This document shows, in pieces, positions 61,487-64,000 of a DNA stretch of 64,000 bases (positions within the stretch are counted from its first letter, which is position 1; each line of letters begins with the position of its first letter). The DNA is taken from assembly GCA_964019425.1 (NCBI GenBank), contig OZ025783.1, positions 496,001 through 560,000 on the forward strand. The letters are read 5' to 3'. Source of the stretch: Flectonema sp. DT1601 (lineage: Eukaryota). The translations under genes and the position numbers were made by a program. The notes under the pieces were generated by a model, which saw only the letters and a program-made list of their open reading frames with translations, ran no database searches and had not been told where the DNA came from.

Positions 61487-62272
61487 ATGAAGTTGGTTGC
61501 CGCTGCCGTAGTTGCAATTACCACCGCCCTTCAACCAGTAGGGGCCACCGTTGTGTATGGGCTGCGTCCCTATGAGATTACTGGAATTAGTGAAAAGGAT
61601 ACAGCGAGTCCTTTGGGTGAGATATTCTTCCTGTTCGCAGATAGAATCGCTCAAAGTCAGAAGTGCGCAGCTAATCCGGGCGGGTTTTTTTGCAAGTGCG
61701 AAGTTACCTGCGAAGACAATGTTTACACCGCATACAACATCACGACACCTGATGGAATGGATCACGCGTATGGTGCTTGTAACCCGAGAGGTGATTTAAA
61801 ACATCCTGATTACTCTTGTAGAGGAGGAGATCCATTTTATCCTGGTTCTACTCTGGTCAACACACGTTATAATTCTGTTGGAGAAGGATGTGTCCCACCG
61901 CATGAGAATCCTCCGTTCGACCCGTCTTGCAATTGGAAATTCAAAACTTCAAAGCACATTGGAGGTAACTGGTACAGCACCCCTTCAGCTGGTGATTGTT
62001 CTGTTGATCCGAGCAACTGCTCTTGGAAAATAGAATCAACAATAAAGGTTGTAAATGAAACCTGTGTTAATGGTGTTCTGTTGTCCCATGTCACTAAGGG
62101 TGCCAACACCTGCATTCAGAAATGCCCACAACCATCTAACACAACTTCAACTTGTTATTTGGATTGCTTTTTCGATTCTGTTTGGGAAACTCCAGCAACC
62201 AAGTTTGAGGAAATATTCCTCAATGCTTTTGACAACTGCCCTGGCAGAAAGCCTTATGTGCCTTCTGAATGA
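61487..62272 (+). CDS. Secreted cysteine-rich protein
   Basis: Signal-peptide-like MKLVAAAVVAITTA, many Cys, N-glycosylation sequons. Confidence 0.8.
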   Translation: MKLVAAAVVAITTALQPVGATVVYGLRPYEITGISEKDTASPLGEIFFLFADRIAQSQKCAANPGGFFCKCEVTCEDNVYTAYNITTPDGMDHAYGACNPRGDLKHPDYSCRGGDPFYPGSTLVNTRYNSVGEGCVPPHENPPFDPSCNWKFKTSKHIGGNWYSTPSAGDCSVDPSNCSWKIESTIKVVNETCVNGVLLSHVTKGANTCIQKCPQPSNTTSTCYLDCFFDSVWETPATKFEEIFLNAFDNCPGRKPYVPSE

Positions 62273-62789
62273 TTTAAGTGTTGGACAGTCAGATACTTCT
62301 TTTTTGAGGTGCATACCTGCAGCTCAACTTCTTATCCATTTGTTAGAATCAATGAGACGAACTTCTCAGCTATCTTTCTTTTACAAAACGAGGTTTGTGG
62401 AGTGTAACGAAAATATTTTTACTAATTCTTTGATTCTTTCTGCATGATTGGATAAAGTTATCAGGTGATACCATTTTCTCGCACATGCTAAACCTGTCTA
62501 TCGAAAAGATTGCATCTTCTGGCAACGAGAAATGTCTCTCTGTGCATTTAATGTGATCCTTCCCTTCCTCCATTTGTGCTTGCCGCCAGGTTAGCTGATC
62601 TGATCTTGGTGGATTGTGGCACCAATCAATATTTCACTATGCGTGTTTCAAGGGGAAAAAAAAAAACGTGTGCCGTGTTTCTGACTTAGTGATGCAATGC
62701 CTTTGTTTTCCTTTTTCACAACAATGTATTTTCCCTGAAATATCATTCTGTTAAGCGAAGACAGTCATTTAACCTTTCCAGGCATAAAG

Positions 62790-63250
62790 ATGGTGGCGCC
62801 CAAAAAGCCTGCAGCAAAAGCAGTCACAAAGAAGAGACGAAAATCTTCTGCAGCTCAGCCGATGGTATGTAACTAAATTACTTCGAAGTTGTGTTTGTGG
62901 AAAAGGACTATGCAAACAAACAGGGCGGGTGGCCTATCGAGGATTATGTTGAGAAAATAATTGACAATCTCAGTGATATTCCGAGTGATTTGCGAATTCA
63001 GTGGAAAAAGGATTATAAACGGATTCTTGAAGAGGAGGGCTACTTCACATTTGACTCCCTCCGCACCTCGATGACTCAGGGGCCTGTGCAGAGTACTTCG
63101 GCGGCTTCTAGTGCCAGTGACTGGGAACAATTTTGTGATCGCAAAGGCATCGCTGATGTTTTCATGAAAGCAGTTAAAGGCGATTTATATCAACAGGACA
63201 ACAGCTTTAAATTTTGTGGGATTTGTACAATGTCATGTCCTTTCATGTAA
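62790..63250 (+). CDS. Small uncharacterised protein, basic N-terminus and CaaX-like C-terminus; exons 62790-62864, 62924-63250
   Basis: MVAPKKPAAKAVTKKRRK exon joined in phase 0 to GGWPIEDY...SCPFM. Confidence 0.7.
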
Positions 63251-63421
63251 CCGCTTAATTGTTGAGACCGAAGGAAATAGATTGCTTTGTCACTTACACT
63301 TCTGTTTCATTTGTTGTTTGTTTGCTGTTGCCCCAACTTATTTCTATTTTGTTTCCAGGAATAGAAGAATACAAGATGGAATAAGGAAACATTTCTTCCA
63401 CGGGAACCTGGAGACAAAAAT

Positions 63422-63493
63422 CAACCGTGGCAGGACTCGAACCTGCAACCGCCTGATCCGTAGTCAGGCGCTCTTCCATTGAGCCACACGGTC
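63422..63493 (-). tRNA. tRNA-Arg(ACG)
   Basis: GACCGTG/CACGGTT acceptor stem, anticodon arm cctga-ctACGga-tcagg, GGTTCGAGTCC T-arm, followed by a TTTTT terminator. Confidence 0.97.
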
Positions 63494-64000
63494 TTGTTTT
63501 CAGAAAAAGTTTTTTACTTCTTTCTTCAGAAGAAGTCTAATATTTATTCTTTCTTCCTTATTTCCCTTTTTCTCTATAGGCGAAACCTACACTCTGCCGT
63601 ATTCCATTATACCTGGTTTTTGTTTCCGGCTCACAATTAATTCGTAATTGAATAACACGATTCCGTACTGCACTGAATGACAACACGGAAAAAGAGACAT
63701 GTATGCAGATAAGTTAGAAACATTGATTATAATGTAGAGCAAGTAAGTCATTTGCAGAGTGTTAGCCTGTAACATTTTAGTCACCGTGTCATGAGTTTTT
63801 GTAATTTTATTATTGAGTTCTGATACAATACAGAGATTTATATTCGTATGAACCTAATCAAACCGTCTTTTCCCCCTTACCCCTTTATTTAATAAAATCT
63901 TCCTTTTCCATTCTTTAGAAAAATACTGTTTGTGTCTGGGTGGCCTTGAATGCCTTACATTTTTACAGGATGCTCATTCAGTCCGAGTCATATCTTGGGC

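Overview
Eukaryotic DNA with two compartments. A euglenozoan-like protist is inferred from same-strand gene clustering and a VIPER/TATE-type element. Positions ~1-42,200 are a deeply nested repeat domain built from two non-autonomous families: 'A' (~1.5 kb tandem units) and 'S' (carrying a hairpin-rich A/T satellite and, in one copy, an intact 400-aa coiled-coil ORF). Both families end in the same covarying stem-loop plus GAA(A)TTC, are variably truncated at the other end, and insert without clear TSDs. Inserted into this domain are several DNA transposons (pogo-like, a TA-MITE, MULE-like, a 6-bp-TSD CATAG family, a 4-bp-TSD GAG family) and a near-intact tyrosine-recombinase retrotransposon (gag-YR-RT/RNaseH, split direct repeats A1...B1A2B2). 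Positions ~42,300-45,800 hold a decayed RLE-type non-LTR element with a MULE fragment inside. Positions ~46,000-64,000 are a host gene cluster, all on +: an SLC6-like transporter, TOP3A, CFAP74 and four uncharacterised genes, plus tRNA-Arg(ACG) on -. All ten inferred introns are GT(A/T)TG...A-rich-AA(C/T)AG. All family assignments are by eye from motifs; no searches were run.
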